64,000 nucleotides of DNA from Amoebophrya sp. A120 (taxonomy: Eukaryota; Protista; Dinoflagellata): positions 6,364,828 to 6,428,827 of the forward strand of contig CAJINV010000004.1 of NCBI GenBank assembly GCA_905178155.1, given 5' to 3'. The position numbers and the translations under genes are program-made. Of this stretch, positions 1 to 12,090 are shown in pieces (within the stretch, counting starts at the first letter, position 1; each line of letters starts with the position of its first letter). The notes under the pieces are model-generated. The model was not told the DNA's origin. It did not search any database and saw only the letters and a program-made list of their open reading frames with translations.

Positions 1-1591
1 GCTGCAAGGAACGAAGAGGAGCAGGGTGCGTGTGTCTGTTATTTTCACCCGCGGCCCGAGTTGCAGCTGCGTTGTTCCCGATGTCGCTCCTGCTGCTTCG
101 TCTCGCTGACTCATCAAACCTGTAATTCTGGTTGAACCAGGGATGCCTGCGTCCAAACCGCACCTGGACGAAAGATCTATGGTGGTACAGATGATCGTGG
201 TGACTGCTTCTCTTCCTCGTGCTGCTTCGCAGGTTGTAAAGAACCAGCGGATTGTGGTTAGGCCGGTAGCGGTAGTGGCGAACACCCCGTCTGGAACCAC
301 GCGCGCGCGCATTTCTACCGCCGCGATGAAACCAGGAATGCGGCCGACGAAGCGGAAATCTTGTGTCGTCGTACGAAGAAAGCAGTGCGCGGCGGCTATT
401 TCCGTGTCGTACCGGAAATGTTGACCGGTGAAGATGGAAAGATCGCCCTCTATTTCTCCTTCCGCGGCGATGAAAAAGGCTTGCGAAGCTGGTTCTTTTT
501 CTGTGGGAAAAACGCCGCCGATTTTTCCCACGCGGGCGGAGCGCCGGGTGGTAAATGTCTTCGTTTTCCGCAGTACCCTCGCCCAGCTTCTCGACGACGT
601 CGATGTCGTCTTTGAAAGGAAAGTGCTCCTTTTCGCGACCAACGTCCTTGCGACGCGGGAAGGTTTTTGTTGTACTTGCGGCTGTAGTTTTCTCTACAAC
701 TACACCTTCGTGACCGTTTCCTTGCAACAGAAGTTTTTGTTTTCTTTCTGGGGTAGAAGTGGTGCCGTTGACATCGGGGGAATGATCCCTCGACTTTGAA
801 CGACGTTTTAAAGATGACTTTCTCGTCCTTTTCGATGAACCTTCCGTCGAAGAAGCAGTTTTTCTGCACTTTTTCACCGCCACGTGAAGTTGCTGCAATG
901 CCGCAGAATCCGTCTTCGCCACCGGCAGCCCCAGTTTCTCTGGACAGGACGCCTTCAGCACCTCCGTGGTCATTTCCGCCTCCTGTTCAGCGTCTTTCAG
1001 TTCCTTCCGCAATTCCTCGCTCTTCTTGCTGCATTCCACTCTTCCCCTCGCGGCTTCGTCCTCGGTGCGCGCGAGCTCGCGCTCCTTTTGGGCCTTGTCC
1101 CCCTGCGTTTCGAGCAGCGACGCGGTGGCGCGGGCAAGTTTGGTCTGTGTGTCCTGCACGACTACGTCCAGCTGTCGCAGCTTCTCCGCGGTCTGTTGCG
1201 CGTTCTGTTTGCAATCCGTTTTGCGCGCGGTGAATTCCTCCCAACTATTCGATAACATCTTGTTCAACGAGTTGAGCCCGGACAAATCGACCGCTTGGTT
1301 TTCTTGCTCCATGCTGCTATTCTCCCCTTGGAGATAGTTCAATTTGTTGCGCTTGTGGTGCCTGTGCTGGTGGTCATGGTGAAACCGGAGCTTCGCGGGG
1401 AAGCCAGTTACTACTACACAACGACTTTGAAGCAGGGAGAGAAGCAGTCCCGTAGTTGCTGGACGAGCACGGGAGAAGGACCACCTCATCTGTCGCGAGG
1501 TCATGCTGTTCAACGCATCCATGTTACGTGCGGTCCCAGTGGCAAGGCCCGGACCCGGCAAATCGCCGCTCGCGGTGCCTCCACCCAGCAT
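1..1591 (-). CDS. Hypothetical protein, 5' part, runs off the window edge; coiled-coil region followed by an Arg/His-rich region
   Basis: Hand translation gives a stop-free minus frame from about 1591 to 1 (MRWSFSRARPATTGLLLSLL..., EQENQAVDLSG..., AEKLRQLDVVVQDTQTKLARATASLLETQGDK). It is absent from the ORF track, presumably because it has no stop in the window. Start codon uncertain. Confidence 0.6.
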   Translation of the reverse strand, partial: MLGGGTASGDLPGPGLATGTARNMDALNSMTSRQMRWSFSRARPATTGLLLSLLQSRCVVVTGFPAKLRFHHDHQHRHHKRNKLNYLQGENSSMEQENQAVDLSGLNSLNKMLSNSWEEFTARKTDCKQNAQQTAEKLRQLDVVVQDTQTKLARATASLLETQGDKAQKERELARTEDEAARGRVECSKKSEELRKELKDAEQEAEMTTEVLKASCPEKLGLPVAKTDSAALQQLHVAVKKCRKTASSTEGSSKRTRKSSLKRRSKSRDHSPDVNGTTSTPERKQKLLLQGNGHEGVVVEKTTAASTTKTFPRRKDVGREKEHFPFKDDIDVVEKLGEGTAENEDIYHPALRPRGKNRRRFSHRKRTSFASLFHRRGRRNRGRSFHLHRSTFPVRHGNSRRALLSSYDDTRFPLRRPHSWFHRGGRNARARGSRRGVRHYRYRPNHNPLVLYNLRSSTRKRSSHHDHLYHHRSFVQVRFGRRHPWFNQNYRFDESARRSSRSDIGNNAAATRAAGENNRHTHPAPLRSLQ

Positions 1592-2063
1592 GCTGGTGAG
1601 CGCGACCACCGCGCGCTCGAAATTTCGGTTGACTTCTCACATGCAGTGACGGTGTTCTCGGGCGGTCGACTCTTCCATGGTGAAAACGTACCTCTATTAT
1701 TTTCCCTAAATAGGTGGCATTGTGCTTTGATACATCCTTTCGTCCAGTGATCCCAGATGACGAAGACAACCTTTCACAAGATGTTTTGAACAAAGGCAGG
1801 CCTCTCATCAGTTGCACCATTCTCGCTCCTCGTGCCTGCAGTACAGAGACACTCAAGAACAAAACAGCGTCTGCACACCGAGCGCAGAGGCTGCACACGA
1901 GGACGTGGCCGAAGAAAATTATGCTGAAGTTCGTTTTCATCTTCTAGAAGTCGTGTGATTCTTTGCTATCTCGATCGTCCGGGGCTCTTTCTAGTATTGT
2001 ACGCTAGCATCATGAATGTCGCATGTGGAAACGTGGTGCGCTGTACCTGCGTACATCAGATCT

Positions 2064-4821
2064 TCATGCCATTGCCACCACCTCAAGCATCCGCTCATTA
2101 AAATCGGCTCCATTCGGAATGTACTCAAGAAAAGAGGACCGACATGTTCCTGCGCCGTTCTCCGCCTCAGAAGCGGAGGAAGCGCTGCTACAGGAAGCGT
2201 GCAACGCTGGCGGGGGGAGCGCAGCTTCTCTCGAGGACGTCGCTCCTCTTTCGAAGTACTTGCGCAGCACGGAAAAAATCGAGTCGTGGGCCAAGACCAG
2301 CACCGGCCGCATTTCCTGTTCGATCTCAATCAGCGTCGTGGTGAGCAGCTGGGCCGTATTGTTCGTAGTTATCTGGTATTTATTTTCCGAAGATCTTTGT
2401 CGCGTCAGTTGCGGACTGGACGGTTGTTCTGTTGACGGATTTGTCTTTATCGCTGACGCTGTTGTAGTTGTTCCAGCACTGCTGTAGTAGTAGCCCAACG
2501 CCGGGCGGATCCGCACACCAAAATCCTCGTAAAAACACGATCCTGAACTAAATTCTAGTGCAGTAGAAGCGGAGAGGGATAAGCTTTGCATCTGGTCTTT
2601 TGCTGTTGTTTCCGCGGACGAAAGGGTAGCAGCTTCCTCGTGGTCTTTAGCACCGCCACTTGTTTCCTGTTCTACAACCTCCTCAGAACCGCTTGTCAGA
2701 CCGTCCAGCATGATCTGCAGCACCATCTCCTGGTCCGAGTTTAACAAGGGGCTGAAAATGACTAGATCTTCCGCGGACAACACCTCTTGGTCGTCAACAG
2801 CGTCTTCAGTATAAAAATCAAGCCCCTGCCTCGCAGAGCAGAACGCCGTACTTCCCCGGACGAACCTGCACAGTGCTTCCGCCCGCGCAACGGTCGAGCA
2901 CGCATCTACAGACGCTAGAAAGACCGGCCGCCGGGACACGTGTATGGAAGCGTCGGAATTGAAATCGTCAAAGTTAAAATAGTTTGTGATGCATAAAATG
3001 CTAGACGCAAAGTGCCTGTCTTGCAGAGCAGCCAACTGAAGCCGATTATAATCCTGTTTGGGGTGTGAGACAGAGCTGCTAAAATAGCATGGCAAAAGCT
3101 GTTTTCCCTGCCCAAACAGCGTGACAAACTGGATTTCCATGCTGCCTAAATTTGTCATGCGCCACTTGCAAACTGGGCTCCAGCTGGTATCGCTTTTTTG
3201 CATTACAGATTCTTTCAACTTTGACGATTTCGATCCTGACATCCACATAACGTGCAAGGCCATCAGATACGGGAGAATGGTAACGGCCGCGCGGCCGAAG
3301 ATGTTGTGTGCCGTAACGTGGGAGGAGAGATTCAGCAGTTTTATGTAGGACACCGCGACATGCTCGTAGTTCGGGGAACTGCTCGTGCGGTGCAGCGACC
3401 GGCGGAAAGAACCTCCGGGCTTGGCAGAAGCTGGTGTTGTACCAATTGCAGCGTCCGTAGTAGTTGGACAAAAACTTGTTATACTCTCCTCGCTACTTTT
3501 CGATACTGCTCCAGAAGTTCTTTCTAATGTTGCGCACGAGTCCTCACCAGTCCTATGATCCGCTGTTCCTTGTTCTAGTACCTGTGGTAGTTGTATCTCT
3601 TCCTTTCCGATTTCTGTTCTCCACACAAATGACCTCCTCTTCAAGCGGCTCGTACACTTGTTCGTAGTGGAGGATCCGTTGCACCAGATCTTCGCGCGCC
3701 TTCCCCCGGTCCAAGCCCGCGTAGTCCGGGCTTTTCTCCAGTTTGATGTTCAGATTCGCGTTCAAGACCTCCGGCTCGTTGCACGTCGACTCCAGAAACA
3801 CAACCCCCACGTGGGCGCCCAAGCGGTCGTACAGCTTTTGCGCGACGCGTTTCCGCCGGTCGCGGGTCGTATTGGTCGCGTCGAAAATCGCACATTTTAA
3901 CCTCTGATATTGCAGCTCCTCAGGGATTTCATGGGGCTGTTGAACTGCACCCGAAGTAGTTGCGCGTTGTGGAGATGATGAGCCTGTGTTTGGAGTCGTG
4001 CTGCCTCCTGGTGCTCCTGTTGGTGTAAGTACACAGGTGGAACTTCTGGGCTTTGACCTGGTTCTCCTCCTAACATGATCCTGCGAGGTCGTAGCAGATG
4101 AAAGCCAGTCCGCGACGTGGTCTAGGACTAGCATGGCCAGCTCCTCGCGTCGGTTTTTCCGCGACGTGTTGGCAGAATCGAAATAGCTGCTGTCCTGCAC
4201 CCCGGTTTCCGTTTCCCGGCGGAAATTCCCCACGTTGAACACCTTTGTTTCGATGTTCAGCCAGTTCAGAAACCGCTGCAGCCGCAACGCGATGAAGCTT
4301 TTCCCGCGCGCGGGCAGGCCGACCATCACGAACACCAATTTTTCCGCGTCCGGGGTGTGGGAGAACCGCGCGACCAGGGAGCGCACGCGGGCCAACTCGG
4401 TGGGAACCGCCGGAACGCTGTCTCGCCGCTCCTGTTTGAGAAGGTTCGGATCTTCGACTCCGGCTTGCAGGTGCGGTGGTCTCAGGGTGGGCGAGGGCGA
4501 GGCCGCGGAGGCTGGATTTGGCTCAACACCCGTAGCGGCCGTCTCGGTGGTTGTGCAACCCCGATGCCCGACCTCCGGGGAGGAACCTCGACTGGGCGGC
4601 GCGGTCATAATTTCAGGCACGATTTCTTGTGCTACAGATAAGTTGCAACAGGTCTCCGGATACAGGTTTCTTTTCTTGCAAGAGCAGGAGTTTAGACGAG
4701 GAAATAAAACCGATCGAAGAAAACAAGAGGGTGCAGCCTGTGGATCAGAAAGAACTGCTGGATCTTCTTGAACTTCGATGCGGTGGGAATGGCCCAACAT
4801 AGGCCCTGCCTTTTGTCTCAT
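2064..4821 (-). CDS. PFKFB: 6-phosphofructo-2-kinase/fructose-2,6-bisphosphatase family protein; phosphatase half degenerate
   Basis: Kinase motifs VMVGLPARGKS, VFNVGNFRR, AIFDATNTTRDRR, FLESTC, KSPDY and SYIKL. ORFs 3553..4839 and 2064..3644 join through a plausible GT-AG intron at 3582-3633, plus the introner at 2946-3246. Confidence 0.85.
2946..3246. mobile_element. Introner family B (non-canonical intron with terminal inverted repeats)
   Basis: IR ggaagcgtcggaattgaaatcgtcaaagtt / aactttgacgatttcgatcctgacatccac, flanked tAT...ATa. Homologous along its length to 12231-12533. Excision gives LHVIHVSRRPVFL. Confidence 0.85.
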
Positions 4822-5049
4822 GATCAATTCCCTCAACAAGAAAAAGTCCGGAGAGCCGGTGGAGCCAGGACACGGGTAGGTAGGAGCAAAGCCAAAGGCT
4901 CACTCGCACTCGTACGTGCCAAAAGTAAAAAAACCGTTAAATAAACCTAAGACACTCCTGCATGAGCGAACCTATTCTTGTGCGGGCCAGCAAGTCACAT
5001 AACCCGTAAAAAGCTTCTGTAAGAGGGCAGCAACCTGTTCGACTGTATT

Positions 5050-7330
5050 CCCATTTCGCAACACTAGGAACGCCTGTAGAAGTTCGCTATTGTCGCTCAG
5101 GGAAACGCAACGCGGCTGCTGTCGTGTGGTCATGATGGTATCTATAGATATACACAGTCGCGCCAGCCCCCAAGCTGCGCGATTTGGTCAGCCTCCCATG
5201 CTACCGGCCCCGCGCGACATGCCCCTAGCCGGGGTTGCGCGCCCGGTGAATTTCTTGCAACATTCCCGCAACAAGAGCGCGCCCCTATTGCAGAACAGCC
5301 CGCGGCGCCGCCGGGCGATGCACTCCGGCCGGCGCCGGCCGCTGAAGCCAATTCACCGGGGCGGGCGCCCCGCGGGATGCGGGGCCGCCCGAGGCGCGCG
5401 CGCCCCGCCGCGCTGCGGGTTCGGGAGCCCAGTACGCGGGCCCGGCCAACAATGCGGGGCCGGCCTGGCGCGCGGCGCAATTAGCCAGGCCGCAGCGCGC
5501 GCCGCACCCGCGCGGGCAACCACCCTAAGGGCGGGCGGAGGCGCCGGCGGCCGGGCGGGGCCAGGCCAAACCAAAGGGGCCGGCCCGACGCCAGCCGGTG
5601 GCGTCGTGCTTCCTCGCTGGGCGTGCTGCGCTGCGTTGTAAGGCTGGCCCGGGGCTGGGTTTCAACAAGAGGCGCGCCACTTCGTTTGTTTTGCGTCCTG
5701 CCTTCTCAAAATTATACTTTTCTGCTTCTCTGGCACTTGGTTTGATTTCGGGGCGATGGCCTTCGGCGGGCTTGGCAGCGGGCCGGCCTGGCCACCGGCT
5801 GGCGGGGCGAACCCCGCACGGCCCCTCCCGCCTTGGTCGTCTAGGTTGCGAGCTTTCCGGAGTCGCGGCAAATTTGCCGCGATGCTGCTGCGACGTTTCC
5901 GGGGGGGGCCTTCGCCCGCAAGCGTTTGGAATTTGGCGGCCGTGCTTGCCCCCTGGAAGTGCCCGGCAACCGCCCCCCCCCGCCCCGGCGCCTTCCTGCT
6001 AAATCCCCCCGGAAGCACAGCGGCCCGCGCGGTTTTTTTTTGTCCAGCAGGAGCGGGCCGAAGTGCCGCGCGGCCGTGTTTTTCGCCGCTGCTAGCAGCC
6101 CGGGGCCGCGCAGCCCTTTTCGCTCCCGCGCGGCTCGCTTGGCCTCCTTCGCCAAGTCTGCCCGCCGTCCTGGGGCCGGCAAACAGTTGCCGCGGCCTCT
6201 GCTACCCTCCAGCGCAACAACGAACATGTGAGAACAGCGGGACGCCCGTATCGAGCGCGCTCCCCAGAATTGAGTAAATCGGGCCGCAGACGCAAAGCCC
6301 GGACGCAAGGCCCGCGGCGTACAAATAGATAGGCCCCCGCCATCTGGACAGAGGCAAACGGCCCCCGGAGTCCGGCAGGGCTACCGCCAGGAAAGAGGCG
6401 CCGCAAACCCACGGCCGCCGCGCGTCCCGTAGCCGCGCACAGCAGCGCACACGCCCCGCCATTGAGGCACGCCCCTCCCCTTGCGCGGGTTCCGCGGGAG
6501 ACGGCAGCCATCCCCCCCGGGGGGAGATGCCTATGCTGGGGCCCATGCCTATGCTGGCTGCCTTGCTAGTTTCGCCATTTGTTCATAGGGCAGAGCGCTT
6601 TCCAAGACAGCGCAACTCAGAAAACTAATGGGCCCCAGGTCCGCCGTGTGCGCGCCCCGGGTATAAGGGTGGTCGGCGCACTTCCCACGCAACCACGCGG
6701 CGCACACATGCGTCCTCTGCTTCTTAGGCTTCGGAACCTTGGGGGCCGGGGCCGGGGTGGGTCGCAGCCGGACGCGGCGCCACCGGTTCCCGGGGGGCCG
6801 CCGCGGGGCGCTTGTTTGAACCTTGCTACCTAGCCTATACCTTTTTCAGCTCCACCGCCAAATCATGGAAGCCCTTCGCCACCTCGTTGCGGGCCTGTTT
6901 GGTTTGGCTGGCGCCTTGAACCGCAGTGGCAAAGAGACCGGGCAAATTGACTACCGCTGCGGCCTTCTTGAACCGAGCCTGTCCTGCGCCGATTCTGGGA
7001 GGCCCCCGGAATCGGCCTTGGTCAAACTCCAGACCCGGCCGGGCGTCTTGCCGCCCGCGGCAGGGCAAGGGCTTCCGGTAAGGCCAGGCGGCCAGGCTTC
7101 TCACCCAACAGCGCCCGAAACATTCGCCCGACCTGCCCGCGTTGCCTTGCACCAGCGCCGCCCCGCCACTTCCGGCAAAATCTCTGCGGGCCCTTGGAGC
7201 ACAGGCACGGGACGCGCCTGCGCGGCGTTTGAACGGGGCACGCCACCCCCCAGACAATGCATGGGCTGCGGGGCCTACATTTTGTGAGCCCCGTGGTCAC
7301 CACTGAATCTCTCGAAGCAATGCAGTGTAG
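5050..7330. other. Very GC-rich island without a convincing gene; possible decayed repeat or TE relic
   Basis: Abrupt compositional shift. Only Ala/Arg/Gly/Pro-rich overlapping ORFs on both strands. Boundaries approximate. Confidence 0.45.
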
Positions 7331-7479
7331 CACTTCATACGAACATCATCAGCATGCAGCTGCCAAAACTCAGCAGCATCAGAGCGAGAGCTGGCGCCTA
7401 CAATGTATAAAATTCTCGTCGCGCTTAGACCATGAGACCCTCATTTCACTTTGACAACAGCAGGGAAGCAAAAGCATCT

Positions 7480-9066
7480 TTACGACTGCGAAGTCACAAC
7501 AACATGGAGATATTGGTCAAGGTAACTGCAATGGAGCGCCAACCAATGTAGGGGCGTGTCGAGCGACACATCAAGACCTTGAACCAGGAAGCGACAAGCA
7601 GCATTGTACGCCCTGCGCTGGAAGTAGTGTCTGTGTTGTGCCGCCTCTGTGGAAAAAAGTCCTTCGTTGCTACTTCCTACACCTGCTCTGCTTTCCGTTT
7701 GCAAAATACTTGTTCCGTCTCCGTTGTCACCTTTCTCATCTTCGCGTGACTGTGACACGACCGACATCACTTTTCTTCTTTCGTAACAAAGGAAAGGCAG
7801 CTTCTCGCAGACCACGTCTCCTAGCAAAATCGGTTCGTTCGTATCTTCGGAAAACACCTCGGAGGAAGTGAGCAGCGCCGGGCAACTGGAGCTCGTTTTC
7901 GCCAGCGGAAGGTCGTTGGGATCGGTGTAGGAGTTTCTATTTGCAGTTTGCCTCCCTGGAGGAGATGAGCCCGCACCCTCCACCTGTGCCGAAAGCTCCT
8001 GCTGTGACCGGACGACGAAATGAAACTTGATCGCGATTCTCCTCCAGTCTCTCCAGGTCTTGGGGTACTGCAGCTGCGTTTGCAGCAAAAACGCGTACTG
8101 CGCAAAATTGGGGAGGCCGGGGTTCGTGACCGTATCTAACAAATCCAGCTGCGACTTCATCGGCAGTCGCATGAACGCGTTGGCGCTGCCGTACCACAGA
8201 AAGACCGCTTTGCGCAGCGCATTCAGGTAGCAGGTGTGGAACCGCTTCTCATCCGTCAGCGCCACGTCGGCAAACGACTCCTGCACCTCCTGCGACGCCA
8301 GCATTACCTCGCTCGGAGCGCGGAAGTGCACCGTAAGTTCCCAGATCGTGTCGCCCGTTGCGGCGGAATTTTCGACGAAGTCTAAGACGGATGATGCCTC
8401 TTCTCCTGTTTCCTTTTCATCTTGTGCGGTGTCTGCAGTTTTTCTCTCTTCACTGCAGAAAAGCTGCCGGCGCATTTTCAATTCGCGCGGATGGGAGGTG
8501 GAGGTTGTAGCTTCGAATGTCGTGGTATTTCCACCGCGTGCTGCAGCTTTATTTGTGGAGGTCTTCACGACACCCGAGTCGCCAGCACGGGCTGAAACCG
8601 TACTTCGACCCAGCTCCGTCAGCGAGTTAGTACCACCACGGGAATAAACATCACGCGGTTGACCTCCCGGGCTGTTGATGCCTTGCGTCGCAGAGAGACC
8701 ACACGTCGACGTCCCGCTGGTACCGAACAGAATGTCCCGGGTTACGCCGACCGGCAACCGCCAGTCGAGCACCGCGCCGCTGCTGTGGCTGGACTCGAGC
8801 CAAACTTCCGCTAACGGCGAGGCCTGGCTGCCGAACCGGGGTGCGAGAAACGCACGAAACCGCGCGTGCAGGGATGGGTACAGCGACGGCCAGTAACTGA
8901 GACGGGAGACGAGGGCGTAGTACGGTGATGGGACCGACGAGTCCGCCACCTCATCGGACGATACCCGGAAGCAACACAAAATGCACGAGGTTCCAAACAA
9001 GCGCCCACGGAAATCCTCTTCGAGAAGCTCGCGGGGAGCGCAACCCGCTGCGTCGAAACCTCCCAT
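7480..9066 (-). CDS. ATG5: Autophagy protein 5
   Basis: Motifs SRLSYWP, VWLE, LDWRLPVGVTRDIL, WELTVHF, YLNALRKAVFLWYGS and VQGLDVSLDTPLHWLALHCSYLDQYLHVVV. First in-frame ATG is at 9066; the ORF stays open to 9132. Confidence 0.9.
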   Translation of the reverse strand: MGGFDAAGCAPRELLEEDFRGRLFGTSCILCCFRVSSDEVADSSVPSPYYALVSRLSYWPSLYPSLHARFRAFLAPRFGSQASPLAEVWLESSHSSGAVLDWRLPVGVTRDILFGTSGTSTCGLSATQGINSPGGQPRDVYSRGGTNSLTELGRSTVSARAGDSGVVKTSTNKAAARGGNTTTFEATTSTSHPRELKMRRQLFCSEERKTADTAQDEKETGEEASSVLDFVENSAATGDTIWELTVHFRAPSEVMLASQEVQESFADVALTDEKRFHTCYLNALRKAVFLWYGSANAFMRLPMKSQLDLLDTVTNPGLPNFAQYAFLLQTQLQYPKTWRDWRRIAIKFHFVVRSQQELSAQVEGAGSSPPGRQTANRNSYTDPNDLPLAKTSSSCPALLTSSEVFSEDTNEPILLGDVVCEKLPFLCYERRKVMSVVSQSREDEKGDNGDGTSILQTESRAGVGSSNEGLFSTEAAQHRHYFQRRAYNAACRFLVQGLDVSLDTPLHWLALHCSYLDQYLHVVVTSQS

Positions 9067-9565
9067 GATAATGGCACTGCTGGATGTTGCGACTAGTGAT
9101 CCCCAAATGGAATTCAAAAAGTGTGTTTTCACGACCCACGGCGGCTTTTATTTCATGATAGCTCGTAGTTGTATCCGCGGCTTTCGGTCCTTTGCGCATT
9201 TGACTGTGGCAACTGACCGCCTCGACTCAACATCTCCAGACACAGTAATATCAGAGCAGATCACTCCCGCCGCACCCATGTAGTAAACGAAGAGACGCAA
9301 AATGCGAACGATACAGCGGAACACCAAATGTATATTGCAATTTAGTGTGCTTCTGCACGACTACTTACTGCTGCATTCACAGCAATATTAGAGGTGGTTT
9401 TTGTCGCTTGTAGGTGTCGCTGGTAGGGTGATTTTCACAGTACAACTTCTGCTGACCAAATAATCGTCAACATCAGTTGAGTCTTCACATTTTTACACTG
9501 GATGAATATGCTGGTGTTGTAAGTAGTCTTCGTCCTTCCCAACAAGAAGAAGAAAATGACCTTCA

Positions 9566-10656
9566 TCACGACAAGTCCACCGCCCCGTCGTCTTCTTCCC
9601 CACCCAGATCTTCCTGGCCCGGCAGCGGATGTCTCGCGTGCTTGCCAATGCCGAAAAAGTTTTCCTTCACGGTCGTTAAATGGGTGACGAACCAGGGCTC
9701 CAGCGGTTTTGTGTCGTTGTAATCGCCTAAGACTTCTGTGAAGTCGTCCTCTTTGTCCGCTTCGAGCGCATCCACTATTTTCGCGAACAACTGCCCCTCC
9801 ATGGACTTCTCAAACCGGGGGTCCTCCTGGCAGTAGCGGTCGCGGGCAATCTTGATGGTCACCATGTCGCCCATTACAAGGTGGAGGACGCCGGCCTGAT
9901 AAAATTTATCTTGCATGTCAGATCCCGATCTTGTGGATGAAAAATTCATAAACCTCAGAATTTAAGATGAACTTCTCACTACTGTCCGCTAATAAAACCA
10001 GGCACATGCAAGAAACCTTGCCAACAAGTAAAGTTTAAGTTTTCCTATACCTGCCAGAAGTAGTCCTTTGCGCTGTACTGCCTCAGATTGTTGCTCAAAC
10101 ATGCTCTCGCCTCCGATTCAAAAACGTCGATCGCCTTTTTATGTTCCCCATTCGCCGCGGCGTACTCCGCGAGCTTCAGTCGGCACGCGGACAGTTGCGC
10201 CTTCCCGTAATCGTCCATTTCGAACATGTCGCACGCTCGGCTGTAGTACTTCTCGATGAGTTGCGTGTTGTCGGACCCGAGAGACTCCTCGCTCAACTGC
10301 TCGGCGATCGACTTCATCAGCTTGCCCGCCTGCATGTATTTCCCGTCCTGCCCCCACAGCGTAATGGCGTCCTCGAACGCCTGCAACGCCGCGAGCGTGC
10401 CGGTTAGTTTCTGCAGGCACTTCCCCCCCTCGACAAAGTAGTTCGCGCGCTGGAACCGCGGGGCGGAGTTCTTCTCGGCGACGTAGGGAAGCTTCTGCAG
10501 GTACACTTCCGCGGCGACCTGGAAATTCTTCTCCATCTTCAGCTGGTTACAAGCCTGCTCGTACAGGTCCTGGATTTCGTCGTACGGGGGGCCGCTAAAG
10601 AAACTCATCAGACCGCCCCCCTGGAGCTTCTTGTCCGCTTTCAGGATCAGGTCCAT
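9566..10656 (-). CDS. SEC17: Alpha-soluble NSF attachment protein (alpha-SNAP/Sec17), 2 exons
   Basis: Motifs KADKKL, DLYEQACNQLKM, AGKLMKSIAE, LRQYSAKDYFWQ|AGVLHL and RYCQEDPRF. GT-AG intron 9896-10050 joins the two ORFs in frame. Confidence 0.9.
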
Positions 10657-12090
10657 GGCTACTCGATCAGGATTTATTTTTCAAGATGTCTCGTGAAACA
10701 GAAGTTGTTCATCCGGCAAATCGACGTTAATATAGTGCAGTGGTTTCGAAAGAAATCACCTTGATGGCAACATGTTGTTGGAGAGGGTCGTGGCCAGAGA
10801 ATTCGAGACCAAAGTGAAGGCAAAGAGCGAGACCAAAGTGAAGACTAAGAAAAATTAAACAGTTACTTTTAGTGAGTATTGAAAGCGAAAGAGGCACTTA
10901 TTGTTTCTCTAAAAGATTACCTAGACGTTGCTGCCAGCTCTCTCCTGATATCGAAAAAATAACTCGTAACTTTGATAAAACCTTCGCCAAACATCCATTT
11001 CAAGGATGAATCGGGATCCATTTTTTTTTTCTCTTCTATTTCTTTCGTCTTGATCCTTTTTTTTCTGATGAGAGCGGAACACGCACACAGCCATGCGAAA
11101 CGGGCTATCATTTATTTCCCAAACGGCATTACAAGCAGGAGCGCTAGCGCGGTCCAGATGTGTCAGCACTTCTTCAGTTTTTTGCATGTACTTCCTCGGA
11201 GAGGTTCCTGCGCTAGTGCGCAGAAACCATCTTCCCGGCCAGAATACTTAAACCCGGTAGTGCAAATCTACTTTTCGTTTTTCTTTCTGGCAATAAAGTT
11301 TCATGATCCCGACCGCATCAGATCGATGAATCCGACGCGATTTGAATCCATTAGTCACTTTCCGCCTTCCAGAGTTAGTCAGTAACTTGGTGGCGCTAGT
11401 AGGCACGTAGTAGCTGCGACCGCGGACGACCCGCAGGCGCAGACTACGTTGAAATAAAGAACCTGCTGTGCATCATGTCTTCCACAACGGGGGCTGCGGC
11501 TGTTACATTGATGTTCATGAAGTAGACTTCGATAGGCTATAGGGTCTTCAATAAAAGCTCTTATCACCATCTTCGTCGTGCATGCCCGAACTATTGTACA
11601 CGGCCCAGAGTGTAGTTGTCTGTTCGTGCACACACGACGAACATGCTCCACTTTTTATAATCAGTCCGAATTGCGTCTTTACTTACACTTGCAAGCCTGC
11701 GTCGTACGGACTGGTTTAGGGTCATTTCGAAGACGAGAGAAATTAATATCTTCGGAAGGTTCTTTTCACAGAGGCAGTAAAGAACTACAAGGGTAGAAAT
11801 ATACTGAGGAGGTAGACTAGCTGCAGCAAACCAAGACATAAAACGCCAGAGGTTTTCTTGCAGGTACTAGAATTATTATACCAGGGGGTACAACTTACTT
11901 CTCGTGTGCACCATACATGTGTACATCAGCAGGGGAATAGTTTAAGTTTTGGTACAATCTTGGGTCCAAAATAATAATAAAGCCCAACCGGTTGTGAATA
12001 AAATTGTACATGAGCCGCGCCCGTTTAACAAGCTACAAGAGTCTGTCGATCCTCGATTACATATTCAACACTGATCAATCAATCTGAAAC

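Noticed and set aside
10917-11839. Short ORFs between alpha-SNAP and the large gene
   Set aside because: No motifs and no consistent exon chain, so they cannot be supported.
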